Notes: generated by a model from the sequence alone, not told the origin. Positions 26,171 to 40,134 are shown, counted from the stretch's first letter. The stretch: DNA of 64,000 bases from Gemmatimonadaceae bacterium (GCA_040901985.1 JBBDYC010000006.1:29572-93571); one strand, 5' to 3'. Numbers and translations are program-made.

Positions 26171-27138
26171 CAGGCCGCCCCCGCGCGCAGCAGGTCGTGC
26201 AGGTGCACGATCCCGACGACCGCCGACTGGTCGTCGAGCACCGGGAGCGCGATTACGCCGTGGGTCTCCATCACGTGCACGGCCGCGCTGCCGAGTTCGT
26301 CGGCGCGCACGGTCTTCGGAGTCGTCGTCATCACCTGGGCGACCGGGATGTCGAGGATCGCCTCCCTGGCCTGCATCAGGCGCGTGAGGTCGCCGGTGGT
26401 CACCACGCCTGCCAGCGTGCCCTCGGCCCCGGTGATCACACAGATGCCGCGGCGCCTGGCGAGTTGGACGATCGCCTCGCGCATCGTCGCCGTGGGGCCG
26501 AGCATCGGGAGCGCATCGGTGACCATCACGTCGCGCACCCGGAGCAGGAGCTTGCGCCCGAGCGAGCCGCCCGGATGGAAGCGCGCAAAGTCCTCGCGCC
26601 GGAATCCCTTCTCCTCGAGCAGCGCCACCGCCAGCGCATCGCCGATCGCGAGGGCGAGCGTGGTGCTCGTGGTCGGCGCGAGGTCGTGCGGACAGGCCTC
26701 CTCGCGCACCCAGCCGTCGAGCGCCACGGTGCTGTTGCTGGCGAGCGTGGACGCCTTGTCGCCGGTGATCGCGATGCAGGGGACGCCGAGGCGGGTGAGT
26801 TGGTCGAGCAGCGGGAGCAGTTCCTGCGTCTCGCCGCTCTTGGAGAGCAGGATCGCGACGTCGTGGTCGCCGACGATCCCGAGGTCGCCGTGGACGCTCT
26901 CCGTGGGGTGGAGGAACATCGCCGGCGTGCCGGTGCTCGTCATCGTCGCGGCGATCTTGCGCGCAATCAGTCCCGACTTCCCGACCCCGGCGACGATCAC
27001 CCGGCCGGTGGAGTTCCGGATCAGCGCGACCGCCTTGGCGAACTCGGAGCCGATCCGCTTGGCGGCGTCACCGAGTGCGTCACGCTCCAGCTCGAGGACG
27101 CGCTTGCCGCTCGCGACGATCCGGGCCTCGTCGCTCAC
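26170..27138 (-). CDS. kdsD: arabinose-5-phosphate isomerase (SIS plus CBS domains)
   Basis: GVGKSG, HGDLG, EACPHDLAPTTST and FHPGGSLG. Confidence 0.95.
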   Translation of the reverse strand: MSDEARIVASGKRVLELERDALGDAAKRIGSEFAKAVALIRNSTGRVIVAGVGKSGLIARKIAATMTSTGTPAMFLHPTESVHGDLGIVGDHDVAILLSKSGETQELLPLLDQLTRLGVPCIAITGDKASTLASNSTVALDGWVREEACPHDLAPTTSTTLALAIGDALAVALLEEKGFRREDFARFHPGGSLGRKLLLRVRDVMVTDALPMLGPTATMREAIVQLARRRGICVITGAEGTLAGVVTTGDLTRLMQAREAILDIPVAQVMTTTPKTVRADELGSAAVHVMETHGVIALPVLDDQSAVVGIVHLHDLLRAGAA

Positions 27139-27707
27139 GCTTCCTCCGCGCGGCTGGCCACGTAGCGCTCGACCTGGGTGTCCCAGTCGCCGCGGGCGCG
27201 GAGGAGGAGCTCGCAGAACTCGCGGACCGCGCCGGCGCCGCCGTGGCGACTGAGCGTGACCGTCGCGGCGTGACGCGCCTCGGCCGATGCGTTCCCCACG
27301 CAGACCGGCAGTCCGACGAGGCGCATCACGCCAAGGTCGGGCAGGTCGTCGCCGACGAAGGCGACCTCCGACCAGTCGAGTCCCCGCCGCTCGAGGAGCC
27401 GCCGCAATGCGGGCACCTTGCGGGCCTGCGAATCCTGCACGATCTCGTCCACGTCCAGTTCCTTGGCGCGCAAGGCGACACTCTCGGATTCGCGACCGGT
27501 GATGAGGGCAGTGAGCAGACCGGCCTGCTGCAGCATGCGGATGCCGAGCCCGTCCTGGATGTCGTACCGCTTGAGCTCGACACGGGTCCCGGCGGCGTCC
27601 CCGAGGATGATCCCCCCGTCCGTCAGGACCCCGTCCACGTCGAAGCAGACGAGGCGAATCCGCGCGGCGAGCGCCGCGTCGAGCGTCGGGGCGGCGCCGA
27701 GGATCAC
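27135..27707 (-). CDS. kdsC: KDO-8-phosphate phosphatase (HAD family)
   Basis: FDVDGVLTDG, DGLGI, VGDDLPD and GGAGAVRE. Confidence 0.93.
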   Translation of the reverse strand: MILGAAPTLDAALAARIRLVCFDVDGVLTDGGIILGDAAGTRVELKRYDIQDGLGIRMLQQAGLLTALITGRESESVALRAKELDVDEIVQDSQARKVPALRRLLERRGLDWSEVAFVGDDLPDLGVMRLVGLPVCVGNASAEARHAATVTLSRHGGAGAVREFCELLLRARGDWDTQVERYVASRAEEA

Positions 27708-28534
27708 CGGCGGGCGAGCTCCCAGATGGCCACGCACTGCTCGACCAGCGCGTCGAGCTGGGTGAGCGGCAGCATATTGGGCCCGTCGCTTGGCGCGCGG
27801 TCGGGGTCGGGATGCGTCTCGATGAAGAGTCCGTCGGCGCCGGCGGCGGCCGCCGCGCGCGCGAGGGCCGGGACGAACTCCCGGGCGCCGCCCGAGGCGC
27901 CGCCCTCCCCCTTCCCCGGTTGCTGCACGGAATGCGTGGCGTCGAAGATCACCGGCGCCGCGCAGGCCGTGCGCAGCCGAGCAAAGCTGCGCATATCCAC
28001 CACGAGGTCGCCGTAGCCAAAGAACGTCCCGCGCTCGGTGACCGCGAGGTCGCAGCGCCCTTCGCGCACGACACGGTCGGCGGCGTGGGCGCTGCGGACC
28101 TTCCGTACCGCTCCGGCCATCCCCTCCGGGTGCATCCACTGCCCCTTCTTGACGTTCACCGGCTTGCCGGTTTTCCCGGCCGCGATGAGCAGGTCGGTCT
28201 GGCGGCAGAGGAAGGCCGGGATCTGGAGCACATCCACCGCGTCGGCAGCGGCCGCGCACTGTTCGGGGAGATGGACGTCGGTGAGCACGGGGAGGCCGGA
28301 GTGCTCGCGTACCCGGGCCAGCGCCTCGAGCCCCTCGTGGAGCCCCGGGCCGCGGTGCGCGCCAGCGTTCGATCGGTTCGCCTTGTCAAAGCTCGCCTTG
28401 AAGATGATCCCGCCCGGCACCTTGCCGGCGAGCTTGGCGAGGTGGTCGGCGACCCGGAAGAGGAGGTCGTCCGACTCGATCACACAGGGACCGGCGACAA
28501 GAAAGAAGCGGTCCACCGGGAAGGTGGCGGGCAT
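27704..28534 (-). CDS. kdsA: KDO-8-phosphate synthase
   Basis: AGPCVIES, KASFDKANRS, QIPAFLCRQTD, DATHSVQ and SDGPN. Confidence 0.96.
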   Translation of the reverse strand: MPATFPVDRFFLVAGPCVIESDDLLFRVADHLAKLAGKVPGGIIFKASFDKANRSNAGAHRGPGLHEGLEALARVREHSGLPVLTDVHLPEQCAAAADAVDVLQIPAFLCRQTDLLIAAGKTGKPVNVKKGQWMHPEGMAGAVRKVRSAHAADRVVREGRCDLAVTERGTFFGYGDLVVDMRSFARLRTACAAPVIFDATHSVQQPGKGEGGASGGAREFVPALARAAAAAGADGLFIETHPDPDRAPSDGPNMLPLTQLDALVEQCVAIWELARR

Positions 28535-28535
28535 C

Positions 28536-30967
<2,432 letters not shown>

Positions 30968-31016
30968 CGGAGCGCGCTCCGGCTGAAGGACGCAGACGCA
31001 AAATCCACGCCAGAGC

Positions 31017-31044
31017 AATCTATGGTCGGGCCAGCACCGGACAA
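31017..31044 (-). promoter_or_regulatory. putative sigma70 promoter of the kdsB operon
   Basis: TTGTCC-N16-TAGATT on the - strand in the trpG-kdsB gap. Confidence 0.4.
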
Positions 31045-31093
31045 GAGGGGGTCACAAATCGTTGGCCCGTAGGGATTTCCGCAGTCGGCGCCT

Positions 31094-31699
31094 TCAGCGG
31101 ACGGCCACGCCCCCCCGCCTCGGCCTCGCCAGAGCCAAGAAATTGCGCAGGATGCGTCGGCCGTCAGGCGTGCCAATGGATTCTGGGTGGAACTGCACCC
31201 CCACCACCGGGTGGTCGCGGTGGGCAAGGGCGTGGATCTCGGCCGGGTCGTCGAGTGCCGTGGCCGTCGCGCGCAGCACGGCGGGAAGTGAGGCGCGCTC
31301 GACCACGAGCGAATGGTACCGCATCACCTCGACCGGGTTGGCAATCCCCCCGAAGAGGCCTGTCCCGTCGTGGCAGATGTGGGAGGTCTTGCCGTGCATC
31401 ACGCCGCGCGGCGCCCGGATCACCCGGCCCCCGTACGCCTCGCCGATCGCCTGGTGGCCGAGGCAGACGCCGAGGATCGGCACGGTCGGGCCGAAGCGCT
31501 GGACCAGCGCCACCGAGATCCCCGCCTTGGCCGGCGTGCCGGGTCCCGGGCTGATGACGATCGCCTCCGGGGCGAGTCGTGCGACCTCGTCGAGCGTGAT
31601 GGCGTCGTTCCGCACGACGTGGGGATCGGCGCCAAGCTCGCCCAGGTACTGGACAAGGTTGTAGGTGAAGGAGTCGTAGTTGTCTATGACGAGCAGCAC
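31094..31699 (-). CDS. trpG: anthranilate/aminodeoxychorismate synthase component II (class I glutamine amidotransferase)
   Basis: IDNYDSFTYNL, SPGPG, GVCLGHQ, RYHSL and QFHPES; trpG and pabA cannot be distinguished from sequence alone. Confidence 0.88.
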   Translation of the reverse strand: MLLVIDNYDSFTYNLVQYLGELGADPHVVRNDAITLDEVARLAPEAIVISPGPGTPAKAGISVALVQRFGPTVPILGVCLGHQAIGEAYGGRVIRAPRGVMHGKTSHICHDGTGLFGGIANPVEVMRYHSLVVERASLPAVLRATATALDDPAEIHALAHRDHPVVGVQFHPESIGTPDGRRILRNFLALARPRRGGVAVR

Positions 31700-31709
31700 G
31701 CGTGGTCGC

Positions 31710-32627
31710 CTACCCTCGAGGGTGGAACTGCCGGTGCACCTGTCGCAGGTGCTCCCGATCAATGTGCGTGTACAGCTGTGTGGTCGAGATGTCCGAGTGC
31801 CCGAGCATCTCCTGGACCGCGCGCAGGTCCGCCCCGCCCTGCAGGAGGTGCGTGGCGAAACTGTGCCGGAGCGTATGCGGCTTGATCGTCGTGCGAAGCC
31901 CAGCGAGTTCCACGTATTTGCGCAGGATATTCCACGCACCCATCCGGCTCAATGGGCGACCGTGCGCGTTCAGGAAGAGTCGGCCGGCGCCCTGCCCCCT
32001 CTCGAGGCGCGGCCGCAGTTCGCGGAGGTAGATTGCCACTGCGCCGGCCGCCTTCCGGCCAATCGGGACGACGCGCTCCTTTCCGCCCTTGCCAATGACG
32101 CGCACGGTCAACTCATCGAGCAGGATGTCCTTCGTTCCGATCCCGATCCACTCGCTCACGCGCAATCCGGCGCCGTAGGCGAGCTCAAGCATCGCCCGGT
32201 CGCGGAACGCGAACCGCTCGTCAAGCGAGATGGCCCCAATCAGGCGGTCCACGTCGTCGGGGGTCAGCACGTCGGGGAGCGCGCGCCACCGCTTGGGTGT
32301 CTCGAGCCGTTCGCTCGGGTCGGCGGTCACGACGCCCTCGGTGAGGAGGAAGCGGTACCAGGTGCGGATGGCCGAGATGCGTCGGCGGATTGTCGCCGGC
32401 GAGCGGCCGTCGTCCTTGAGGAAGTACACGAACTCGCGCAGGTGCGGGGCGCCGAGCCCGGCGATGGTCGTCACGCCGCGGCCAGCGGCCCAGCCCACCA
32501 GCACGCCGAGGTCGCGGCGATAGGCGTCAATCGTGCGGGCACTCGCGCCCTGTTCCAACGCGAGGAACTCGCCGAAGCGTTCAAGGAGGAAGACGCGGTC
32601 GAGCGCGTCGGCGGACGTGGCGGTCAC
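31710..32627 (-). CDS. xerD: site-specific tyrosine recombinase XerD
   Basis: RDRAMLELAYGAGLRVSE, GKGGKER, HTLRHSFATHLL, QEMLGHSDISTTQLYTH and QFHPR. Confidence 0.92.
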   Translation of the reverse strand: MTATSADALDRVFLLERFGEFLALEQGASARTIDAYRRDLGVLVGWAAGRGVTTIAGLGAPHLREFVYFLKDDGRSPATIRRRISAIRTWYRFLLTEGVVTADPSERLETPKRWRALPDVLTPDDVDRLIGAISLDERFAFRDRAMLELAYGAGLRVSEWIGIGTKDILLDELTVRVIGKGGKERVVPIGRKAAGAVAIYLRELRPRLERGQGAGRLFLNAHGRPLSRMGAWNILRKYVELAGLRTTIKPHTLRHSFATHLLQGGADLRAVQEMLGHSDISTTQLYTHIDREHLRQVHRQFHPRG

Positions 32628-32637
32628 CCCCGGGAAT

Positions 32638-33279
32638 CTAGTCCTGCCGCGTGCGCCGTCGCCTCCAAACCAGCCAAGCGATGGCCGTGAGCACCAACGC
32701 CACGGCGACGGCGCCGAGTCCGACGCTCTCGGCGAACTGGACCACGGCCTCGCGGACGCGCTCCCAGTCCATGCCGACCCGGAAGGCAATCCAGGCGATG
32801 ATGCCATACCAGATCGTCGAGGTGACCGTGATGATGAGGGCGGTCTGCCAATAGGGGACGCCGAGCGCCCCCGCCGCCACGGGCGACATCGCGCGCGCGC
32901 CCGGCACGAAGCGACTCACGAAGAGCGCCACCCAACCGTACTTCCTGTAGGCGTCCTCGATCCGGTGCTCGGCGGTCTCCGCCGTGGCGCTGGCGCGGCG
33001 CAGGCCGAAGCGGACCATCTGGCGGGTGAGCCAGGCGGTGCCGTGGCGCTTGCCGATCCACCAATGGATGGAGTTGCCAGCCAGCCCACCGGCGACGACT
33101 GCGGCCGTGGTGGGGAGCCAGTTGCCGCCCGCGCGCGCGCTCAGGAAGGCAAGGAATCCGGCGGCGACATCGCCGGGAACCACCGGTACCACGCCTTCCA
33201 CGAACGACACCAGGGCGATGAGCGCGTAGAGCGCCCCGACCTGGAGCCCCCCAAGCCAGGCCATCATCGAGGCGAGCAC
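32638..33279 (-). CDS. DedA-family membrane protein
   Basis: FVEGVVPVVPGD and SRFVPGAR; start may be GTG 33279 or ATG 33267. Confidence 0.85.
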   Translation of the reverse strand: MLASMMAWLGGLQVGALYALIALVSFVEGVVPVVPGDVAAGFLAFLSARAGGNWLPTTAAVVAGGLAGNSIHWWIGKRHGTAWLTRQMVRFGLRRASATAETAEHRIEDAYRKYGWVALFVSRFVPGARAMSPVAAGALGVPYWQTALIITVTSTIWYGIIAWIAFRVGMDWERVREAVVQFAESVGLGAVAVALVLTAIAWLVWRRRRTRQD

Positions 33280-33286
33280 CCTAACC

Positions 33287-33784
33287 TCAGGCGCGGACGA
33301 GCGTGGCCACCGCAATGCAGGCAATCCCCTCGCCGCGGCCGATCCACCCCATTCCCTCGTTGGTCTTCCCCTTCACCATCACGTCGTCCGGCTCGACGCC
33401 GAGCGCGGCGGCGAGTCGCTCGCGGATCGCCGCCCGGTGCGGCCCGATTCTCGGCGTCTCGGCGATGACGGTCAGGTCGGCCTGCGCCGGCGCCCACCCG
33501 GCGGCGCGCACGCGCGCCGCGGCGACGCGCAGCATCTCGATGCTGTCGCGGCCGGCGTTCTCCGGCGCCGTGTCGGGGAACATCTCCCCGATGTCGCCGA
33601 TGCCGGCCCCGCCAAGCAGCGCGTCGGTCAGCGCGTGGCAGACCGCGTCGGCGTCGCTGTGGCCGGTGCAACGCACCGACGCCGGGATCAGGACGCCGCC
33701 GACGAGGACGCCGTGCCCCTCCGCAAAGCGATGGGAGTCGTATCCGATTCCGACCCGGAAGCCGGGTGCGGCGGGCGTGCTCAC
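33287..33784 (-). CDS. ispF: 2-C-methyl-D-erythritol 2,4-cyclodiphosphate synthase
   Basis: RVGIGYDSHRF, GHSDADAVCHALTDALLG, GDIGEMFP and KTNEGMG. Confidence 0.95.
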   Translation of the reverse strand: MSTPAAPGFRVGIGYDSHRFAEGHGVLVGGVLIPASVRCTGHSDADAVCHALTDALLGGAGIGDIGEMFPDTAPENAGRDSIEMLRVAAARVRAAGWAPAQADLTVIAETPRIGPHRAAIRERLAAALGVEPDDVMVKGKTNEGMGWIGRGEGIACIAVATLVRA

Positions 33785-34827
33785 GCGGCGACCGTCGTCG
33801 GGCTCGGTTCGATGAGCCGGTAGTCCTGCCGCCGCCGGCGCGGCGTGAACCCCGCCTCGCGGATCAGCTGTTCCATCTCCGCGATCGAGGTGCGATGCGT
33901 CGTGTTCGCCGCCGACACCACGTTCTCCTCGAGCATCAGCGAGCCGAAGTCGTTGCAGCCGTAGTGGAGTGCCGTCTGTCCCACCTTCATCCCCATCGTC
34001 ACCCAGCTCGCCTGGATGTTGGGGATGTTCTCGAGCACCGTGCGCGCAAGCGCCGTGGTCCGGAGATACTGCACCGCGTCGGTCTTTGGCATCTGGCTCA
34101 TCGTCGGCGTGTTCTCCGGCTGGAGCGGCCAGCAGATGAACGCGGTGAATCCGTTGGTGCGCTGCTGCAGCGCCTTGAGCCGCAGCAGGTGCTCGATCCG
34201 CTCGGCGTTGGTCTCGCCGATCCCGTACATCATCGTGCAGGAGGTCTTGAGCCCCTCGCCGTGGGCGATCTCCATCACCTCGAGCCAGCGATCGGCGCCG
34301 GCCTTCTTCCTCGCCACCTGGTCGCGCACGCGCTGGACGAGGATCTCCCCGCCGCCGCCGGGGATTGAGTCGAGCCCCGCCTTCACCAGCTCCTGGATCA
34401 CCGTGCGGGCGTCCATCCGGTACAGCGTGGCCCAGAAGTCCACCTCGCTCGGCGAGAAGCCGTGGATGTGGATCGGATGGTTGCGCTTGATGTACTTGAG
34501 GAGCTCGAGGTACCACTCGAACGGGATGTACGGATTGTGGCCGCCCTGAATGAGGATCTGGACCCCGCCGAGCGCCTTCACCTCGTCAATCTTCGCGCCG
34601 ATTTGCTCATAGCTGAGCGTCCACCCCTCGCCGTCCTTGGGGCGGCGGTAGAAGGCGCAGAAGCCGCAATCGGCCACGCAGACGTTCGTGTAGTTGATGT
34701 TGCGGTCCACGATGTACGTGACGATCGGCTCCGGGTGGAGGCGGCGCCGGACGGCGTCGGCCGCCGCGCCAAGCTCGAGGAGGGGGGTGCGCTCGTAGTA
34801 CTCGAGCAGGTCCTGTTCGATTGCCAC
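33781..34827 (-). CDS. mqnC: cyclic dehypoxanthinyl futalosine synthase (radical SAM)
   Basis: YIVDRNINYTNVCVADCGFCAF, SIPGGGGEIL, QASWVT and NDFGSLMLEENVV. Confidence 0.93.
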   Translation of the reverse strand: MAIEQDLLEYYERTPLLELGAAADAVRRRLHPEPIVTYIVDRNINYTNVCVADCGFCAFYRRPKDGEGWTLSYEQIGAKIDEVKALGGVQILIQGGHNPYIPFEWYLELLKYIKRNHPIHIHGFSPSEVDFWATLYRMDARTVIQELVKAGLDSIPGGGGEILVQRVRDQVARKKAGADRWLEVMEIAHGEGLKTSCTMMYGIGETNAERIEHLLRLKALQQRTNGFTAFICWPLQPENTPTMSQMPKTDAVQYLRTTALARTVLENIPNIQASWVTMGMKVGQTALHYGCNDFGSLMLEENVVSAANTTHRTSIAEMEQLIREAGFTPRRRRQDYRLIEPSPTTVAA

Positions 34828-34828
34828 G

Positions 34829-35700
<872 letters not shown>

Positions 35701-35701
<1 letters not shown>

Positions 35702-36861
35702 CAGGCGGCCTCGCGGTTGGCGTCGAAGACACGCAGCGTTCGGTAGAACGAGTCCCGCTCGGCGGGCACCTTCCCTGCCCCGCGGATCAGCGCGACGAGC
35801 TCGTCGAGCGACATCGCCTGCTGGGTCTGCGCGCCGACCGCGTGATAGATCTTCTCGCGGACGACGGTCCCCTCGAGGTCGTTCACACCGTAGTGCAGCG
35901 CAATCTGCGAGAGAAACGGCGTCACCATGATCCAGTGACTCTTGATGTGCGCGAAGTTGTCGAGAAAGAGGCGTCCCACCGCGAGGTTCTTCAGGTCGTC
36001 CACGCCGGAGGTGGCGATCCCCTGCCGGCCAAGCTTCCGCCCCAGCTCATTGTCGTCGGGGTGATAGGCGAGCGGGATGTAGGCGAGGAACCCGCCTGTC
36101 TCGTCCTGGAGGTCGCGGAGCGTCTGGAGGTGGTGCATCCGGTCGGCGAACGTCTCGACGTGGCCGTAGAGCATCGTGCTGTTGGTCCGGATGCCGAGTT
36201 GGTGCGCCGTGCGGTGGACGCCGATGTAATCCGCGGCGCCGAGCTTCTTGCGGGCGATCTCCTCGCGCACCGCCGCGCTGAAGGTCTCGGCGCCGCCGCC
36301 GGGCATCGTGTCGAGGCCGGCCTCCTTGAGCGCCATCAGGACGTCGGCCCACGATCGCTTCTCAATCCGGGCGATATGCGCGATCTCGACCGCCGTCAGC
36401 GCCTTGATGTGCACGTGCGGCAACTCGGCCTTGAGGGCACGGAACATCGTCGTGTAGTAGTCGAGGCCGGCCTGCATATCGAGCCCGCCGACGATGTGGA
36501 ACTCCTTCGTCAGGCCGTCCTTCGCCTGGGCGGCCTCGGCCATCACCTGGTCGAGCGAGTAGCGGTACGCCCCCGCCTCCTTGGGCAGCCGCGCGTACCC
36601 ACAGAAGGTGCAGGTGGTCCGGAGCGTGCAGATGTTGGTCGGGTTGATGTGCTGGTTGGCGGCGAAGGTCACCACGTCGCCGTGGCGTGCGCGGTTGACC
36701 GCGTCGGCGAGGAGCCCGATGCCGGTCAGGTCGCGCGACTCGAAGAGCGTGACGCCGTCGGCGGTTGCCAGGCGCTCGCCCGCCGCGACCCGCTCGCCGA
36801 TTGCCCGCACCGCCGGGTCAACGATGCGCTCGAAGGGGATCCGCAGCGCGCTCGTCGGCAT
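35701..36861 (-). CDS. mqnE: aminofutalosine synthase (radical SAM)
   Basis: HINPTNICTLRTTCTFC, HIKALTAVEI, MLYGHVE and GTVVREKIYH. Confidence 0.9.
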
Positions 36862-36865
36862 ACCC

Positions 36866-38119
36866 CTAGTCCGTGACGCGGCGGAGCGCGATGCTGACAT
36901 TGTGGCCGCCGAAGCCCGAGGAGTTGGTAAGGGCCGCGTGCACCTCGCGCTTCACCGGGGTGTTCGCCGTGCAGTCGAGGTCGCACTCCGGGTCGGGCGT
37001 CGAGAGGTTGATCGTCGGCGGAATGATGCCGTGCCGGATCGCCATTGCCGTGAAGACCGCCTCCGCCCCGCCGGCCGCGCCAAGCATATGGCCGGTCGCC
37101 GACTTCGTGGAGCTGACGTTGAGCCCGGTGGCGTGCGCTCCGAAGACCTTCTTGATGGCCCGGATCTCGTTGGGGTCGTTCATCGGCGTCGAGGTGCCGT
37201 GGGCATTGACGTACTGCACGTCCGCCGGCTGGAGGCCGGCATCCTCGAGGGCGCGACGCATCGCGCGCTGGAGTCCCTCGTGATCCTCGGGCTGTCCGGT
37301 GAGATGGTAGGCGTCGCCGGTGGCGCCATAGCCGACCACTTCGCAGTAGATCTGCGCGCCGCGTCGCTTCGCGTGCCCGTACTCCTCAAGGATGACCGTT
37401 CCAGCGCCCTCCCCGAGGACAAAGCCGTCGCGCGTCTGGTCGAACGGCCGCGAGGCCGTCTCGGGAGACTCGTTGCGCGTGGAGAGCGCCTGCATGTTGC
37501 CGAACCCCCCGATCGCCATCGGCGCGACCGCCGCCTCGGATCCGCCGGCGATCATCACGTCGGCGTCGCCGTAGCTGATCATCCGGAACGCATCGCCGAT
37601 GGCGTGGGCGCTCGTCGCGCAGGCCGACTGGGTGGCGTAGTTCGGCCCCTTCGCCTGGAAACGCATCGAGACCACGCCGGCCGCGATGTCGCCGATGAAC
37701 ATCGGCACGAAGAAGGGGGAGATCCGGTTGGGGCCGCTCGTGAGGTAGGTCTCGACCTGGTGTTCGAAGGTCGCGATCCCGCCGATCCCCGACCCGATCA
37801 CGACGCCGGTGCGGTGGGGGTCGAAGCCCTTCCCGTCGCCGAATCCGGCGTCGGTCATCGCCTGCACCGACGCGGCCATCGCGTACTGCGTGTAGAGATC
37901 CGAGCGCTTGACCTCCTTGCGATCCATATACGCCGTGGGGTCGAAGCCCTTGACCTCGCAGGCGAAGCGGACCTTGAAGGCCGCGGCGTCGAAGCGGGTG
38001 ATGGGCCCGCCACCGGACTTGCCGGCGAGCAGTGCCGCCCAGGTGCCGGCCAGGTCGTTGCCGACAGGAGTGACGCAGCCGGCCCCGGTGATCACGACGC
38101 GGCGCTTCGGCGACGCCAT
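36866..38119 (-). CDS. fabF: beta-ketoacyl-ACP synthase II
   Basis: SACATSAH, NAHGTST, GHMLGAAG and GFGGHN. Confidence 0.97.
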   Translation of the reverse strand: MASPKRRVVITGAGCVTPVGNDLAGTWAALLAGKSGGGPITRFDAAAFKVRFACEVKGFDPTAYMDRKEVKRSDLYTQYAMAASVQAMTDAGFGDGKGFDPHRTGVVIGSGIGGIATFEHQVETYLTSGPNRISPFFVPMFIGDIAAGVVSMRFQAKGPNYATQSACATSAHAIGDAFRMISYGDADVMIAGGSEAAVAPMAIGGFGNMQALSTRNESPETASRPFDQTRDGFVLGEGAGTVILEEYGHAKRRGAQIYCEVVGYGATGDAYHLTGQPEDHEGLQRAMRRALEDAGLQPADVQYVNAHGTSTPMNDPNEIRAIKKVFGAHATGLNVSSTKSATGHMLGAAGGAEAVFTAMAIRHGIIPPTINLSTPDPECDLDCTANTPVKREVHAALTNSSGFGGHNVSIALRRVTD

Positions 38120-38123
38120 CCGG

Positions 38124-38363
38124 TCAGCCGCCGATCTTGCCGTTCAAGTAGCCGATCGCATCGCCCACGGTGCGCAGCTTCTCCGCGTCCTCGTCCGGGA
38201 TATCGATGTTGAACTCCTTCTCGAACTCCATCACCAGCTCGACGATGTCGAGCGAGTCCGCGCCCAGATCCTCGATGAAGCTCGCGCCGTCAGTGAGCTT
38301 CTCGCGCTCGACTCCGAGCTCCTTCTCGATGATGTCCTTGACCTTCGCGGAATGGTCGGCCAT
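38124..38363 (-). CDS. acpP: acyl carrier protein
   Basis: [14 protein letters not shown]; start at ATG 38363. Confidence 0.97.
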   Translation of the reverse strand: MADHSAKVKDIIEKELGVEREKLTDGASFIEDLGADSLDIVELVMEFEKEFNIDIPDEDAEKLRTVGDAIGYLNGKIGG

Positions 38364-38451
38364 GTGCGTAGGGACTCCGTAGGGGTGAGACCGCTTGAAG
38401 CAACCGGAAATATACGCCTTTGCAGGGGGCAAGGGCACACCGGAATGGCGC

Positions 38452-39186
38452 CTACATCACCATGCCGCCGTCCACCGTCAGGACCTGCCCGGTGATGTAT
38501 GCCGCGTGGTCGGAAGCGAGGAAGGCGACCGCGCTCGCGACATCGCCCGGCGTGCCGAATCGGTCGAGCGGGATCTGCGCCGAGAGCGCCTTGACCGCGT
38601 CCGGCGGCATCGCGTCGGTCATATCGGTCCTGATGAACCCCGGGGCGACGACGTTGCACAGGATGTTGCGCGACGCGAGTTCCTTGGCCACCGACTTGCT
38701 GAGCCCGATCAGCCCGGCCTTGCTCGCGGCATAGTTCGCCTGCCCGGCGTTCCCGACCATCCCGACGACCGACGCGATGTTGATGATCCGGCCCCACCGG
38801 CGCTTCATCATCCCGCGCTGGGCGGCCCGGATGGCGACGAACGCCGAGCGGAGGTTCGTCTCGAGGACCGCGTTCCAGTCCTCGTCCTTCATCCGCAGCA
38901 TCAGGTTGTCCTTGGTGATGCCGGCGTTGTTCACGAGGATGTCGAGCGACCCGAGGGCCTCCTCGACGCCCTGGACGAGCGCGGTCACCTCCTCCGGGAC
39001 CCTGATGTCGCCGCCCGATCCGCGCGCCGCGCCGATCTCCCTGGCCACCTGCTCGGCCCTCGCGAGCTCACGGCCGACGACGACCACCGTCGCGCCGCAG
39101 CCGACGAGCGTCTCGGCGATTGCGCGACCGATGCCGCGGGTGGAGCCAGTGACGAGGGCCACCCTTCCGGAGAGATCGATCTTCAT
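38452..39186 (-). CDS. fabG: 3-oxoacyl-ACP reductase
   Basis: [14 protein letters not shown] and NYAASK. Confidence 0.96.
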   Translation of the reverse strand: MKIDLSGRVALVTGSTRGIGRAIAETLVGCGATVVVVGRELARAEQVAREIGAARGSGGDIRVPEEVTALVQGVEEALGSLDILVNNAGITKDNLMLRMKDEDWNAVLETNLRSAFVAIRAAQRGMMKRRWGRIINIASVVGMVGNAGQANYAASKAGLIGLSKSVAKELASRNILCNVVAPGFIRTDMTDAMPPDAVKALSAQIPLDRFGTPGDVASAVAFLASDHAAYITGQVLTVDGGMVM

Positions 39187-40124
39187 GGGACGGCGGATTG
39201 GAGATGGGAAATCAACGCTTCCACTTCACCGGCGGTCCCGCAGGTCATCGTCCGGCAGTCCGGGGCGAGGCGCTTCACGAGGCCGCTGAGCACCGCGCCC
39301 GGGCCCATCTCGACGAAGGTCGTACCGGGGAAACGGGCGGCGATGTTGCGCACGACCTCCACCCAGCGCACCGGCGAGGTCAGTTGCCGGTGGAGGAGGT
39401 CCCTGGCCGTGCCAGCGTCGCCCACGGCCTCGGCGGTGACGTTGCTCCAGACCGGGACCAGCGGGTCGCGGAAGTGGGCGGCATCGAGGGCCTCCCGGAG
39501 GCCAGCGACGGCCGGCGCCATCAGCGGGCTGTGAAAGGCGCCGCTCACCGGCAGGCGCAACGCGCGCTTGGCACCAGCCGCCTTGGCCAGTCCCATCGCC
39601 GACTCGACGGCGGCGACCTCTCCGGAGATCACGATCTGCTCGGGCGTGTTGTAGTTCGCCGGCACCACCACCCCGTGGGCCGAGGCCTCGGCGCAGATCT
39701 CCTCGATGGTCCGCTGCATCTCGCCGAGGATGGCCGCCATCGCGCCCGGGACCTGCACGCCGGTGTCGTACATCAGCTGGCCGCGGCGGCGCACAAGCGT
39801 CACCGCGTCCTCGAGCGAGAGCGCGCCCGCCGCGTGATGGGCCGAGAACTCCCCGAGCGAGTGGCCGGCGGCGGCACGGACGTTCGCGGCGACGTGCTCC
39901 TTGACCACGGCCCAGACCGCAGCCCCGTGCGCGAGGAGCGCCGGCTGCGCGTTGTGCGTGCGCGTGAGTTCCTCGGCCGGCCCCTCGAAGCAGAGGGCGC
40001 TGAGGGGGGTGCCGAGGACGGCGTCGGCCCTGGCAAAGACGTCGCGCGCTGCGGGAAAGGCGGCGGCGATGTCCTTCCCCATGCCGGGCTTCTGGGAGCC
40101 CTGTCCGGGAAACAGGAGGATCAC
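39183..40124 (-). CDS. fabD: malonyl-CoA:ACP transacylase
   Basis: FPGQGSQ, GHSLGE and VSGAFHS. Confidence 0.96.
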   Translation of the reverse strand: MILLFPGQGSQKPGMGKDIAAAFPAARDVFARADAVLGTPLSALCFEGPAEELTRTHNAQPALLAHGAAVWAVVKEHVAANVRAAAGHSLGEFSAHHAAGALSLEDAVTLVRRRGQLMYDTGVQVPGAMAAILGEMQRTIEEICAEASAHGVVVPANYNTPEQIVISGEVAAVESAMGLAKAAGAKRALRLPVSGAFHSPLMAPAVAGLREALDAAHFRDPLVPVWSNVTAEAVGDAGTARDLLHRQLTSPVRWVEVVRNIAARFPGTTFVEMGPGAVLSGLVKRLAPDCRTMTCGTAGEVEALISHLQSAVP

Positions 40125-40134
40125 GCGCCGGCGC

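Noticed and set aside
31710..32627. Tyrosine recombinase as a possible prophage or island integrase
   Set aside because: It has XerD-type size and motifs, sits among housekeeping genes, and has no att repeats or cargo
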